Of a DNA stretch of 64,000 bases, positions 26,261 through 38,617 are shown one piece after another. Below the pieces are notes generated by a model. It ran no database searches. It worked only from the letters and a program-made list of their open reading frames with translations, and was not told the DNA's origin. Every line of letters starts with the position of its first letter. The first letter of the stretch is position 1. The translations under genes and the position numbers were made by a program. Source of the DNA: Octopus vulgaris (Eukaryota); contig OX597819.1 of the NCBI GenBank assembly GCA_951406725.2, positions 88,598,001 through 88,662,000 on the forward strand. The letters are read 5' to 3'.

Positions 26261-29200
26261 GCTCACATAGCTGTATCATTTATAATTTGTTGGGGTGGAT
26301 TTTCCATGACTGGATACCCTTCCTGTTGCCAACCCTTAGTTATTTCTTTACATATCAATATTTATAGAAATGTTTTGATACAATATAGTAAGTGAAAAAA
26401 ATCTGATAAATCCTCTTTCATTTATCTTTTACTTGTTTCAGTCATTATACTTTGGCCAAGCTGGGGCACCACCTTGAATTTTAGTCAAATGAATCGATCC
26501 CAGTACTTATCTTTCTTTTAAGCCTGCTACTTATTCTATTGGTCACTTTTGCCAAACTGCTAAGTTATGGGGATGTAAACACATTAACGCTGGTTGTCAA
26601 GCTAGACACACACATACACACAATGGGATTCTTTCAGTTTCCGTTCACCAAATCCACTCACAAGGCTTTGGTCTGTCCAAGGCTATGAAAGACAAAGAAG
26701 CAAGAATGTGAGTGTGATAGAATGGTGAATATCAATAAAAGTGGAGCATAGTAAGAGAGAATTGATACCAATGAGTGATAGAAAAGAGATTGCAAAAGAG
26801 TGAAAACTAGCAATAAAGAAGTGATGGTAAGATTATGGGGAACTCTAAATCCATTCCTTGTTGCACAGTTGGGAGAAATATAGCTCTAGTAGGAGGGCAC
26901 AGTGATAAGAGAAGGTGTGACAGCTAAGAAAGTAATGAGGAGGTGGAGAGAGTAGATAGACCTACTATGAACATGATTGGTGGAAGAAATCCAAATATAG
27001 ATATATATCCTACCTCTATCACTACCACTGGGCAGGGGAAGAGTTCTTTCTTTACATCACTTTTTCATGCTTGATTGGGTTACACAGGTTTTCATCGATA
27101 CAGCGCTTTGTCACTTAACACCATCATTTGTTAGCTCCCTCATGAGGTTTTACCATTTCAGGTCAGCCTTCACCACTTAGTCTCATGCCTTCTTTAATCT
27201 TCATTAAAGAACATTACCTTCTTCATAGATAATGCTCTTTGCTTCTTTACGCAATCAACATCCTCCATCTGCATCACATGCCTGTACTACCATCATTTCT
27301 CTCTTGATTTTTTCTCAGCTCATTTGTGTTCTGTCTTTCATGTACACTAACATTACTCATGCAGCCATACAAGTGAGTATTTAAATAACTAGTCAGTAGT
27401 CCATCTCATAAAACCATGATTTTCTGGCCTCATTATGTGGTCTTCAACCTCCAGGTAATTATGCACCATCCTTGTCATCATCATTTTCTTTTCGTTTTTA
27501 TTTATAGGAACAAAATTGCCATTCCAGTGTTTGTAGTTATTGCCCTGCTAATTAAGTGCAGTAGACTGTGAAAAAAGATGTTCTATTTTATAGTGATTGA
27601 ATAATTAGTTCAATTGATAGTAACTCTTTGACCATTGGTCTTACACGTTTGTATATGTGTGCATCTGTTTGTGTATGGTTGTCTGGTATGTGTTGAACAT
27701 TATTATTATTATTACATATCAGGTGGCGAGCTGGCAGAATTGTTAGCATGCCGAGCGAAATGCTTAGCAGTATTCTGTCTGTGACGAGTTGGCAGAAACG
27801 TTAGCACGCCGGGCGAAATGCTTAGCGGTAGCAGTATTTCATCTGCCGTTACGTTCTGAGTTCAAATTCCGCTGAGGTCGACTTTGCCTTTCATCCTTTC
27901 GGGGTCGATAAATTAAGTACCAGTTACGCACTGGGGTCGATGTAATGGGCTTAATCCATTTGTCTGTCCTTGTTTGTCCCCTCTGTGTTTAGCCCCTTGT
28001 GGGTAGTTAAGAAATAGGTATTTCGTCCGCGGCTATGTTCTGAGTTCAAATTCTGTCACAGTCAACTTTGCCTTTCGTTCTTTTCGGGTCAATTAAATAA
28101 GTACTAGTGAAACACTGGGGTCGATGTGATTGACTAACCCCCACCCCTCACAAATTTTCAGGCTTTGTGCCTCTAGTAGAAAGGATTATTACTATTATTA
28201 TTTCAAATAAGGCGGCAAGCTGGCAGAATAATTAGCACGGTGGACTAAATGCTTAGCAGTATTTCATGTTTTTATGTTCTAAGTTCAAATTCTGCCTAGG
28301 TCAACTTTCACCTTTCATTCTTTTGGGGTTGATAAAAGAAGTACCAGTTGAGTACTGAGGTCAATGTAATCGACTTACCCCCTCCCTGAAATTGCTGGCC
28401 TTGAACCAAGCCAAAATTTGAAACCATTATTACAAATAAGGCAGCAAGCTGGCAGAATCATTAGCATGTTGGACTAGTTCTTTAGCAGTGTGTCTTTGTT
28501 CTGAGTTTAAATTCTGCTGAGATCAACTTTGCTTTCTATTATTTAAGGGTTGATGAAATAAGTGTGAGTTAAGCACTGGGGGTTGATTGACTTACTCCCT
28601 CACTCAAAATTGCTGGCCTTGTGCCAAAATTTAAAACCATTATTATTCATTATTAGTATTATAGTTAGTAGTATTATTTATAATAACATTATTATTATAA
28701 TAAATTAACCACCACCTTTTATTGTTCTTATGATACAGGACTTATTTCAGCCCATATTTTTATTGGAAGTTACCCAGTTTTGGGGTTTTTTTATAGTTTT
28801 TTTTTGTTTTTTGTCGCCCTATGAATATTATAGAAAATTCAACAGTATGTATGAATGTGTGTGCATTTATATGCTTACCTGTATCATATATTTGATTAGA
28901 AAAGTATTGATTCCTCTCATGATGAAGGCATTCTATACAATAATCTAGAGGTCTTCATGAACAGCTGTGACTTTGGAGTTCTCCTCCCCTATACTTTAAC
29001 CTAGGGAGAAGAAATGCATTGTAAAAAAAAAAAAGTAACCCTCTTGAGCAGATGGTTGGAAGCCAAATTGTTGTAGGTGATTATGAAAAATATCATTGAA
29101 ACCTTCTGACACCATTCTACTATTCTTCCTTATGCAAGTACAGCTTCCAGTCCAGATGTCTTTTGCAATGACATTCAAAAGTCTAAATGATAAGTAAGTA

Positions 29201-29814
29201 CAGTAGGGCTGTTCTTCCCAACTAGTCTGTTTGTGCTTGGGCAATTGTATGTTACTCTGTGAAGAAATCTCCATAGGTGAATGCCATACTCTGTATATCC
29301 TGAATTATGTACACTGAAGTTTTCTAGAGTTAGATTTGTAACTTTTATGTCATACAGCTTCTTAGATCAGATAAATTAACATAGAATCCATACCAGAATG
29401 GAAAATGGACATAAAATGATGATTATATATATATAGGCACAGACATGGCTGTGTGATAAGAAGGTTGCTTCCCAACCACATGGTTCTGGGTTCAGTCCCA
29501 CTGCATGGCACCTTAGGCAAGTGTCTACTACTATAGCCTTGAGCTGAAGCAGATGGAAGCTGAAAGAAGCCTATCATATATAAGGGAAATTTCCAAATTA
29601 GGTTAGTAGGGATATACAGTCCTACTGGGTACCATATTCACTTTTACTGGTTAATAATGATGGCTAACCTCCGTGAGTGTAGACAAACTCGAGTTAGTGT
29701 ATTTTAATATCCTCAATAGATCTTCACATTGGTACATCCATATGTCTCTATAGAGACTGGATGTTGTCTGTAGAGAAGAAATATTAAATTAATAATCAAG
29801 AACAGATTTAGATA

Positions 29815-30088
29815 CATTATTTACATTTGACGGATATTTGTCCTCATTTTGCTTGTTGTTAACACAACATTTTGGCTTATATACCCTCCAGTCTTCATCA
29901 GGTGTCTTGGGGAAATTTTGAACCTGGGTTCTCATTCCTAAGGTATTTTTCGAAATTTCCCCAAGACTCCCTGATAAAGGCTGGAGGGTATTTCAGCCGA
30001 AACAGTTTAACAACAAACAAGATGAGGACAAAGATCTGTCAAATGTAAATAATGTACATAATTCCCCATCTCTTAAATATAAATGTAG
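29815..30088. mobile_element. Palindromic PLE-like terminal-repeat element with decayed hammerhead motifs
   Basis: Inverted arms each with gacac-CTGAT(G/A)A-aggctg...cagcc-(G/A)AAA; flanked by AGATTTAGATA/AGATTTAGGTA (29804-29814, 30089-30099). Confidence 0.75.
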
Positions 30089-31777
30089 AGATTTAGGTAT
30101 CCAGTTTTATTCTGCAGTCTATCACATCTTTCCATTTGTGCACCTACTTATGTTTCTGCTGCAACTCAAGGCGGCAAGCTGGCAGAATAATTAGCATGGT
30201 GGACTAAATGCTTAGCAGTATTTCATGTTTTTATGTTCTGAGTTCAAATTCTGTCTAGGTCAACTTTCACTTTTCATCCTTTTGGGGTTGATAAAAGAAG
30301 TACCAGTTGAGTACTGAGGTCAATGTAATCGACTTACCCCCTCCCTGAAATTGCAAGCCTTGAACCAAGCCAAAATTTGAAACCATTATTACAAATAAGG
30401 CAGCAAGCTGGTAGAATCATTAGCATGTTGGACTAGTTCTTTAGCAGTGTGTCTTTGTTCTGAGTTTAAATTCTGCTGAGATCAACTTTGCTTTCTATCC
30501 TTTAAGGGTTGATGAAATAAGTATGAGTTAAGCACTGGGGGTTGATTGACTTACTCCCTCACTCAAAATTGCTGGCCTTGTGCCAAAATTTAAAACCATT
30601 ATTATCCATTATTAGTATTATAGTTAGTATTATTTATAATAACATTATTATTATAATAAATTAACCACCACCTTTTATTGTTCTTATGATACAGGACTTA
30701 TTTCAGCCCATATTTTTATTGGAAGTTACCCAGTTTTGGGGGGTTTTTTATAATTTTTTTTTGTTTTTTTTGTTTTTTGTCGCCCTATGAATATTATAGA
30801 AAATTCAACAGTATGTATGAATGTGTGTGTATTTATATGCTTACCTGTATCATATATTTGATTAGAAAAGTATTGATTCCTCTCATGATGAAGGCATTCT
30901 ATACAATAATCTAGAGGTCTTCATGAACAGCTGTGACTTTGGAGTCCACCTCCCCTGTACTTTAACTTAGGGAGAAGAAATGCATTGTAAAAAAAAAAAA
31001 AGTAACCCTCTTGAGCAGATGGTTGGAAGCTAAATTGTTGTAGGTGATTATGAAAAATATCATTGAAACCTTCTGACACCATTCTACTATTCTTCCTTAT
31101 GCAAGTACAGCTTCCAGTCCAGATGTCTTTTGCAATGACATTCAAAAGTCTAAATGATAAGTACAGTAGGGCTGTTCTTCCCAACTAGTCTGTTTGTGCT
31201 TGGGCAATTGTATGTTACTCTGTGAAGAAATCTCCATAGGTGAATGCCATACTCTGTATATCCTGAATTATGTACACTGAAGTTTTCTAGAGTTAGATTT
31301 GTAACTTTTATGTCGTACAGCTTCTTAGATCAGATAAATTAACATAGAATCCATACCAGAATGGAAAATGGACATAAAATGATGATTATATATATATAGG
31401 CACAGACATGGCTGTGTGATAAGAAGGTTGCTTCCCAACCACATGGTTCTGGGTTCAGTCCCACTGCATGGCACCTTGGGCAAGTGTTTACTACTATAGC
31501 CTTGAGCTGAAGCAGATGGAAGCTGAAAGAAGCCTATCATATATAAGGGAAATTTCCAAATTAGGTTAGTAGGGATTTACAGTCCTACTGGGTACCATAT
31601 TCACTTTTACTGGTTAATAATAATGGCTAACCTCCGTGAGTGTAGACAAACTCGAGTTAGTGTATTTTAATATCCTCAATAGATCTTCACATTGGTAAAT
31701 CCATATGTCTCTATAGAGACTGGATGTTGTCTGTAGAGAAGAAATATTAAATTAATAATCAAGAACAGATTTAGATA

Positions 31778-32273
31778 CATTATTTACATTTGACGGATAT
31801 TTGTCCTCGTTTTGCTTGTTGTTAACACAACATTTTGGCTTATATACCCTCCAGTCTTCATCAGGTGTCTTGGGGGAAATTTCGAACCTGGGTTCTCATT
31901 CCTAAGGTATTTTTCGAAATTTCCCCTAGACACCTGATGAAGGCTGGAGGGTATTTCAGCCAAAACGTTCAAACAACAAACAAGATGAGGACAAATATCC
32001 ATCAAATGTAAATAATGTACATAATTCCTCATCTCTTAACCATTCGTTATTGTATTTATTTTGAGATGCCCTCTGTTTCTTCCAATTATTTTAAATATAA
32101 CAAAGAATTTAGTAAAATATCTTCGTTATCATTAAGGTAGTGTTAGGAACATAAATTGTGACTAAGATTTGGTGGAAGATTTGAATTCAAAACTTATGGA
32201 AACAAGACATTTATACTAAAGAGCCAGAGCCGGTTTCAGCCGGGTTGGTAACGAAGGTTAAATATAAATGTAG
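31778..32273. mobile_element. Duplicated copy of the palindromic HHR element, with nested TTAA insertion
   Basis: CTGATGA at 31934-31940; perfect 11-bp flanking repeat AGATTTAGATA (31767-31777, 32274-32284). Confidence 0.75.
32040..32257. mobile_element. piggyBac-like non-autonomous element (TTAA TSD)
   Basis: TTAA|CCCATTCGTTA...TAACGAAGG|TTAA; the duplicated copy shows the empty site catctcTTAAatataaatg near 30068-30085. Confidence 0.85.
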
Positions 32274-32739
32274 AGATTTAGATATCCAGTTTTATTCTGC
32301 AGTCTATCACATCTTTCTTATGTTTCTGCTGCAACTCAGTGCACATGGCAAAATTTTGAACCTTGGTGTGCATTTTGGTGTTAATTTCCACTTTAGAGTG
32401 TTATTAACTACATTTCTGAATTAAAAACAAGTTCAATCAAAATGCATCACGCACATGGTGTTAGTATTCTAAAAATAGTCTATATTCTGACCTTTTCAAC
32501 TCTGCTGGTTAAAAAAACAAGTGACAAGCTATCCAAGAATGGGTCTGTAGTCAGCAAATGTATTTTTATCCTTTTGAATGGTAGTATATTTTGTATCAGG
32601 TCGCTTAGTGTATGTTGATGTTACTATTGTTACTATTATTATCATCCCTATCACTACTACTCCTACTACTCTTATTACTATTATTGTTAATAATGAGCTA
32701 TTGTTCTATTTAATTTGCTAATTTTATAATTAAATTAAA

Positions 32740-33729
32740 GGTGGAGGTAAAAATCATGGACCACACTCTGTTTGAGATTTTTGGTGGGGTTTTATTTTTA
32801 CATGAAAACACTATATCCAGGGCAGAGATTCTGAATCTACAAAAAAAATCTGCATTTCAAAATTAAATCCCCATCGCTAAATTTCTTAAATTTTCACTTT
32901 TTTTTTTAATTTTGGGTTGCAAAATACGTAGAAAAATACAAAGATATTATGATTCTGAAAAAAAAAGTTTTGTAAAATTTCAATTTTTCTAAAAAATAAG
33001 CATCCCCCTCCACTCTGCTCTGACAAGAAATGAAATTAAAGTGTTTTCTCTACTAATGTTTCAATGCATGCATAGAATTATAAAATAGCAGATGCAAAAA
33101 GTATCTAAAGAGAAAAACTTGACATGCTAGAAACACATTTTCAAAATTTTAATGCGTTACCAAAGAAGAAAAAATTTCAAAATTTAAATCCGCCCCAACT
33201 GGAAAGCTGACAAGCTAGAAACAACAGCCAAACCAAGGATCGACTTTCTAAATATGGATTACCAAAAGGGAATAAAAATTTTTTAAATGTCATTTTGGTG
33301 TGTGTGCGTGTGCAAAAAAGTCTAATTTTTACATACTTCTCTTAGTTCCAAAAGACCCCGCCGACCACAATATGTTGGGTTATGTTCGCCATGAAACATT
33401 AGAGAAAACGCTTAATTTCACTTCTTGTCATAGGGGGGAGGGGATGTTTATTTTATTTTTTTTTTTTTTTTGAAAAATTGAAATTTCACAGAATTTTTTT
33501 TTTTCCAGAATCATAATCTCCATATTTTTCTATGTATTTCACAAAAAAAATTTTTTTTTAAGTGAAAATTTAAGGAATTTAGGGTGGATGGAGTGAAGGG
33601 GGAGGAAATCTAAATTTTGAAATGCAGATTTATTTTGCAGATTTGGAATCTCAGCCCTCAATATATTGTGTTCCTGTAAAAAAAAAAAAAATCGCAAAGG
33701 GTGTGCAGTCCATGATCTTTACCTCCACC
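32740..33729. mobile_element. MITE/foldback with long degenerate TIRs
   Basis: GGTGGAGGTAAAAATCATGGAC / GTCCATGATCTTTACCTCCACC; inverted similarity extends ~300 bp; 8-bp TSD AAATTAAA/AAATGAAA. Confidence 0.75.
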
Positions 33730-34539
33730 AAATGAAATTTATGGATATCGTTAATTTTATTCCCTTATTGTATTTTAATCTTTATAATTAAATTTATTTA
33801 TTTAGGAGTTTATATTGAAGCAGTTACTCTACTTGCTACTGTTTACTAGATTTCTATTCTAATTTTAGTATTGCATATCATGCACTCACTTAAATCAATT
33901 AAATGTGTGTTTAGATTGATGAAGACCTCATGATGTGCTCTTGCATCTATGGTTTATTAACCAGCGTCGCACTACTGGCACTCAAGCCCCGTACTAGTAG
34001 GGTATTAAGTGCACCATCCGAGCATGATCGTTGCCAGAGCGGATCTGGCCTCTGTGCCAGTGGCATGTAAAAAACACCATTCAAGCGTGATCGTTACCAG
34101 CATCGCCTTACTGGCACCCACGCCAGTGGCATGTGTAAAAGATTCGAGCGAGGTTGTTGCGAGGCCCCATGCCGGTGGCAGGTAAAAGTACCCACTACAC
34201 TCTCGGAGTGGTTGGCATTAGAAACTCTGTCAGATCAAGATTGAAGCCTGGTGCAGCCATCTGGTTCGCCAGCCCTCAGTCATTCATCCAACCCATGCTA
34301 GCATGGAAAGCGGACGTTAAACGATGATGATAAATTTCTTCAACACCCAATTTGTACTATTTGCTTCCTCTACTATATGGTTTGGTTCTATTAATTATTT
34401 CCCAGGTAATTTCATATTTCTTACCTTTTATGGACCGAATTAATTATTCCAGGTTCTTTTGAAAGTCTAAAAATTCTTATGATATAAATGAATATATTTT
34501 GATTTGAATTTTTTTTTTTTCTTTTCAATTCTATTTCAG

Positions 34540-34637
34540 ATGATGTAGCTAAAGCTACAGTAGAAGAAATGAACAAAATGGGACCTGGAGAAGCATTTTA
34601 TATCAACTGTAATTTACGTGATGAAGCACAAATCAAA
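34540..34637 (+). CDS. HSD17B14: HSD17B14-like copy 1, exon 3
   Basis: tttcag|AT; (D)DVAKATVEEMNKMGPGEAFYINCNLRDEAQIK|gtaagg; phases match exons 2 and 4. Confidence 0.9.
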
Positions 34638-35161
34638 GTAAGGGAGTATAATGTTTTATGAGATGATGAAAGACTATCAAGTGCATGGAACATTTAAGGC
34701 CTATACAGCAAGAGAAAACTATTATCCTTCATTTTTTACTTGCTTTAATCACTGAACTGCAACTATGCTGGGGAACTGTACGGACATCTATTTATAGTAC
34801 TATAACAACCAAACTAGCCCTGATTCTCTCATCCCCACCACCGTTAATATCTGATCACCTACTACATCAGATTTCCATTATCATTTCACAGCCACTTTAT
34901 AACCTTCACTACCCCTCCCTCCCATTGCTACCCAACCTGTAGATCTGACATCTGCTATTCTCCATCTCTTATCTCTTTGTCTAGCCTCTCTTGACCCCAC
35001 TCAGCATTCACCTGCCTGTCCTCCTCCCACTGCAGTGTAGTATATTCATTTTTCGTTTTCAATCTATCCAACATTGGAACTGGTAACATCCATTTGCCCT
35101 TGTCCTTATAATCAAACCATTCTCTTTTTTTTTTTTTTTATTCCCCTAATGGACATTATAT

Positions 35162-35563
35162 AGGCGCAGGAGTGGCTGTGTGGTAGGTAAGTAGCTTGCT
35201 AACCAACCACATGGTTCCGGGTTCAGTCCCACTGCGTGGCATCTTGGGCAAGTGTCTTCTGCTATAGCCCCGGGCCAACCAATGCCTTGTGAGTGGATTT
35301 GGTAGACGGAAACTGAAAGAAGCCTGTCGTATATATGTATATATATGTGTATGTGTGTGTGTATGTGTTTGTCCCCCTAGCATTGCTTGACAACCGATGC
35401 AGGTGTGTTTACGTCCCCCGTCACTTAGCGGTTCGGCAAAAGAGACTGATAGAATAAGTACTGGGCTTACAAAGAATAAGTCCCAGGGTCGATTTGCTAG
35501 ACTAAAGGCGGTGCTCCAGCATGGCCGCAGTCAAATGACTGAAACAAGTAAAAGAGTAAGAGT
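35162..35563 (+). mobile_element. SINE family A, near full length
   Basis: tRNA-like head (gtggctgtgtggt...gggttcagtccc), internal (TA/TG)n, tail aagagta repeats; more than ten further copies in the window. Confidence 0.85.
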
Positions 35564-35951
35564 ACTGGGATTTCTTCATTTGTTCACAGATCTGCCTAAC
35601 AAATTTTTTAATTGGATTTCTCCCCCCTTTCTCAACAAAATGAACTACAATAATATCATCTTATGATAATTCTGCTTGTCATTGTGTTACTTAGCCCATT
35701 GGTAATGCTTTTCACATGATCAGAGCAAAAGAGGAAGAAAGAAGAGGTAGAGAGAAGCATCCATGACATAAGGTAGTGGGAATGTAATTGTAACACTTTC
35801 ATGTGATTAGTTGAAGGAAAAGAGAGGAGAGAAAAAAGATAAGGTAATGGGTGAGACAGAAAGAGGGAGAAAGAGAGAGAGCAAAAGACAGAAGCGGCCA
35901 TGATGTGAGGTAGGGGGAACGTAATAATTTTAGGAGAGGGGTGATGTTCTG

Positions 35952-37096
35952 GAATCTTTTCAATCTGACCAACAGATTTTTTAATTAATCTTTTTTAACT
36001 AAACACTTTGAAACTTTGGATACTGCTAGAATGTGTCATGTAGAACAGGGTTTACTCTTAACATTTTTGACAAAATTTTGTATTTTAGAAGTTATTTCGT
36101 GTTAAAGTTGTCAAATTTGGGGAATTTTAACCAATCACTGACGTGTGTTCAGCTGAAGAAAGTTACTGCTGCTGTTTGCGAACAAACTTCTGGGTCCACC
36201 CCCATAACAAAACCCTTCTTTTATAACCAGAGATGTTTTTATAGCAACATATGTTTGCTGTATCAGGGTTGATTTGAGGCTAGATAACAAAATTATTACT
36301 GAGACAGACCAACGACGGAGCCTGTATGTGGTTGCATGACCTGCTAGAAAAAGTAGCCAAACTTTTTTTATATACAGAATAGAAAAACCTCTATCCTCTG
36401 ATAGACCATGTAGAGTCCATTATGTCTGGGTAGAAAGATGGAATGGTCACACTTGGGACGTCTTTGATCATATCTGTTCAATCAAATCCAACATGGGACT
36501 AAAGAAGTGACGAAGGGAATGAGACAAGCCAATGAGAGAGCCTTTACCTGGTCACTCAAGTTGCTAGAAAGAGCAACCAAATCTTCCTGACAAAAAGAAA
36601 AGTGAAATTTCCATCTTCAAGAAAAATAAAAAATAATGCAAGTTTATATTATTTTATAATGTTTGCTTAAGGATTCATTACTTCTAGAAAGGAATAAGAC
36701 AAAATGGTCGATCCATTACAATCAGCTATCCTGTGGTTAAAATAATATTCTTCACTGAATGATGAAGCAGCTAAAGTTAAAGAAAAGTTGAAAGAATAAA
36801 AGATAGCAAGTATCCATATTCCAAATATTGGGATTCCCTTATAAAATAATAAAAACTTGCATTATTTTTTTCTTGAAAACAGAAATTTCATTTTTCTTTG
36901 TGTGAAGAAGATTTGGTTGCTCTTTCTAGCAACTCGAGTGACCAGGTAAAGGCTCTATCATTGCCTTGTCTCGTTCCCTTCATCACTTGTTGTTTAGTCC
37001 CTGTTCTACATGATACATTCTACCAGTATCCGAAGTTTCAAAGTGTTTAGTTAAAAAAAAATTTTTTTTAATCTGTCTGTCAGATTGAAAAGATCC
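35952..37096. mobile_element. GGATCTTTTCAA-family MITE, internally rearranged
   Basis: TIR G(a)ATCTTTTCAATCTGAC / GTCAGATTGAAAAGATCC, perfect 8-bp TSD ATGTTCTG; body related to 8353-9055. Confidence 0.8.
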
Positions 37097-37856
37097 ATGT
37101 TCTGATGGTGAGGTTAGAAGGAGGAGGGAGATAGAGAGGGTGGAGGTGGTGACTGGAAAGTGAAAAGTATTTTTTAAAATTGAACTAAGTTTTTTATATC
37201 GCCTGTCACTTAACACATGCACATAAGTGCAATTCCGTGAAATATTCATACTTATATACATGGCAGTTATCTGCAATTTAACTAAAGGTTGTATCATATG
37301 TACAGAATTTTTTTTTTTTTTTTGGCAAAAATGGAAAAATAAGAGTGAATATTTATTTTATGAGTGTTGTGTATTAAGTCTATAAAATTGTACATAAAGT
37401 ATATAAAGTACATTAAGTAGTCATTGTATTCCAATTTCCTTCACTTTTCAATATTTAGCAGATGAGTAACTAACATTTGATACAGACACCACAGCGGCTA
37501 CGCTATCAGGTCTTTTGGATAAAGTTTTCAGAAATAACCCAATAGGTTTACCATTAATTCTGTGAAATATTCATGGGTCCCCTAGTTGAGTATTATTCCT
37601 TCACTGTTAAATGTGTTTAACTTCTGCCTCTTTAATGATTGCATCCTTACTTGGCCTATGGAATCCTTGCTTGGCACAATGTTCCAATAGCTTGGGTATT
37701 CTAGAAACAGCTGTTAGAGACTATGAATGCCTTTTTATTACATATCTAAATTAAATGTCCTTGTTAAGTCTTGTCAAACGGTTTGTCTTTTCATTTCTGT
37801 TTTAATCTATAGGTATTTGTATTATAATTTAATATTCATCTTTTCTCTTTTGCCAG

Positions 37857-37923
37857 AACACGATTGAAAAGGTGGTTGAGAAGTACGGCACCATTGACTG
37901 TTTAATCAACAATGCTGGCTACC
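37857..37923 (+). CDS. HSD17B14: HSD17B14-like copy 1, exon 4
   Basis: tgccag|; NTIEKVVEKYGTIDCLINNAGY(H) with SDR NNAG motif; C|gtaagt. Confidence 0.93.
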
Positions 37924-38525
37924 GTAAGTTGACTTCTGTACTAAACTGATTTTTTTTTTTCAACATAGTGTTTGTATTACAAACCAGTGAAGGTGCTTTT
38001 ATGTGGTTGATTGATTTACCAGAAAGTGCAGATAATTTTTTGTCATCACATCACACCTTATCTTATAAAGGAAGGTTATTTTCAATAATATGGTCTGGAT
38101 ACAATGTGTCAAAGTAAAAACTCTGGATATTCAGGGCTGAAATACCTTAATGCATTTGAATAATGGATCTGTTTGATCTAAGCTGACTTGGAACTAAACA
38201 GCAACAGTAACATATTGATAACTTCCAAAGTCATAAATCCCCAGATTTATGAGGGAGAGGGATATAATGATTGTTTGCTTTTATCTTTTTCTTTTTAATC
38301 TGAAGTGGATCTAAATTCAAGCAGCTCTATGATCAAAACTGATCTGGTCATTATTATCAAATCTTGCTAATACAGTTGTGACATCTTGATGCCTTCTACT
38401 TTCCACCACATTGGTGACCCCTTGACACCTTCTCATTGCCGCCATAGTTGTGATGTTTTGAAATATTCTTCACTGTAGTACTGATACACTAAATAACTTT
38501 TATCATATGAATATTTTTTTTCCAG

Positions 38526-38617
38526 ATCCTGGACATTATCCCATTGACACTGTTACATCTGAAAGCTTTGCCAGTCTCATGCAATTAAATGTCGCTGCTG
38601 TGTTCCTCACATGCAAG
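38526..38617 (+). CDS. HSD17B14: HSD17B14-like copy 1, exon 5
   Basis: ttccag|; (H)PGHYPIDTVTSESFASLMQLNVAAVFLTCK|gtgatt. Confidence 0.92.

Larger units (their letters stand above)
28209..32338. repeat. Tandem duplication, unit about 1.96 kb, inside intron 2
   Basis: 28209-30167 is repeated at 30168-32338; copy 2 has an extra 218-bp insertion and small indels. Confidence 0.92.

Noticed and set aside
28996-31184. Duplicated 92/87-aa minus-strand ORFs as small genes
   Set aside because: Arise from the intronic tandem duplication; copies differ by frame-changing indels and show no recognisable domain.
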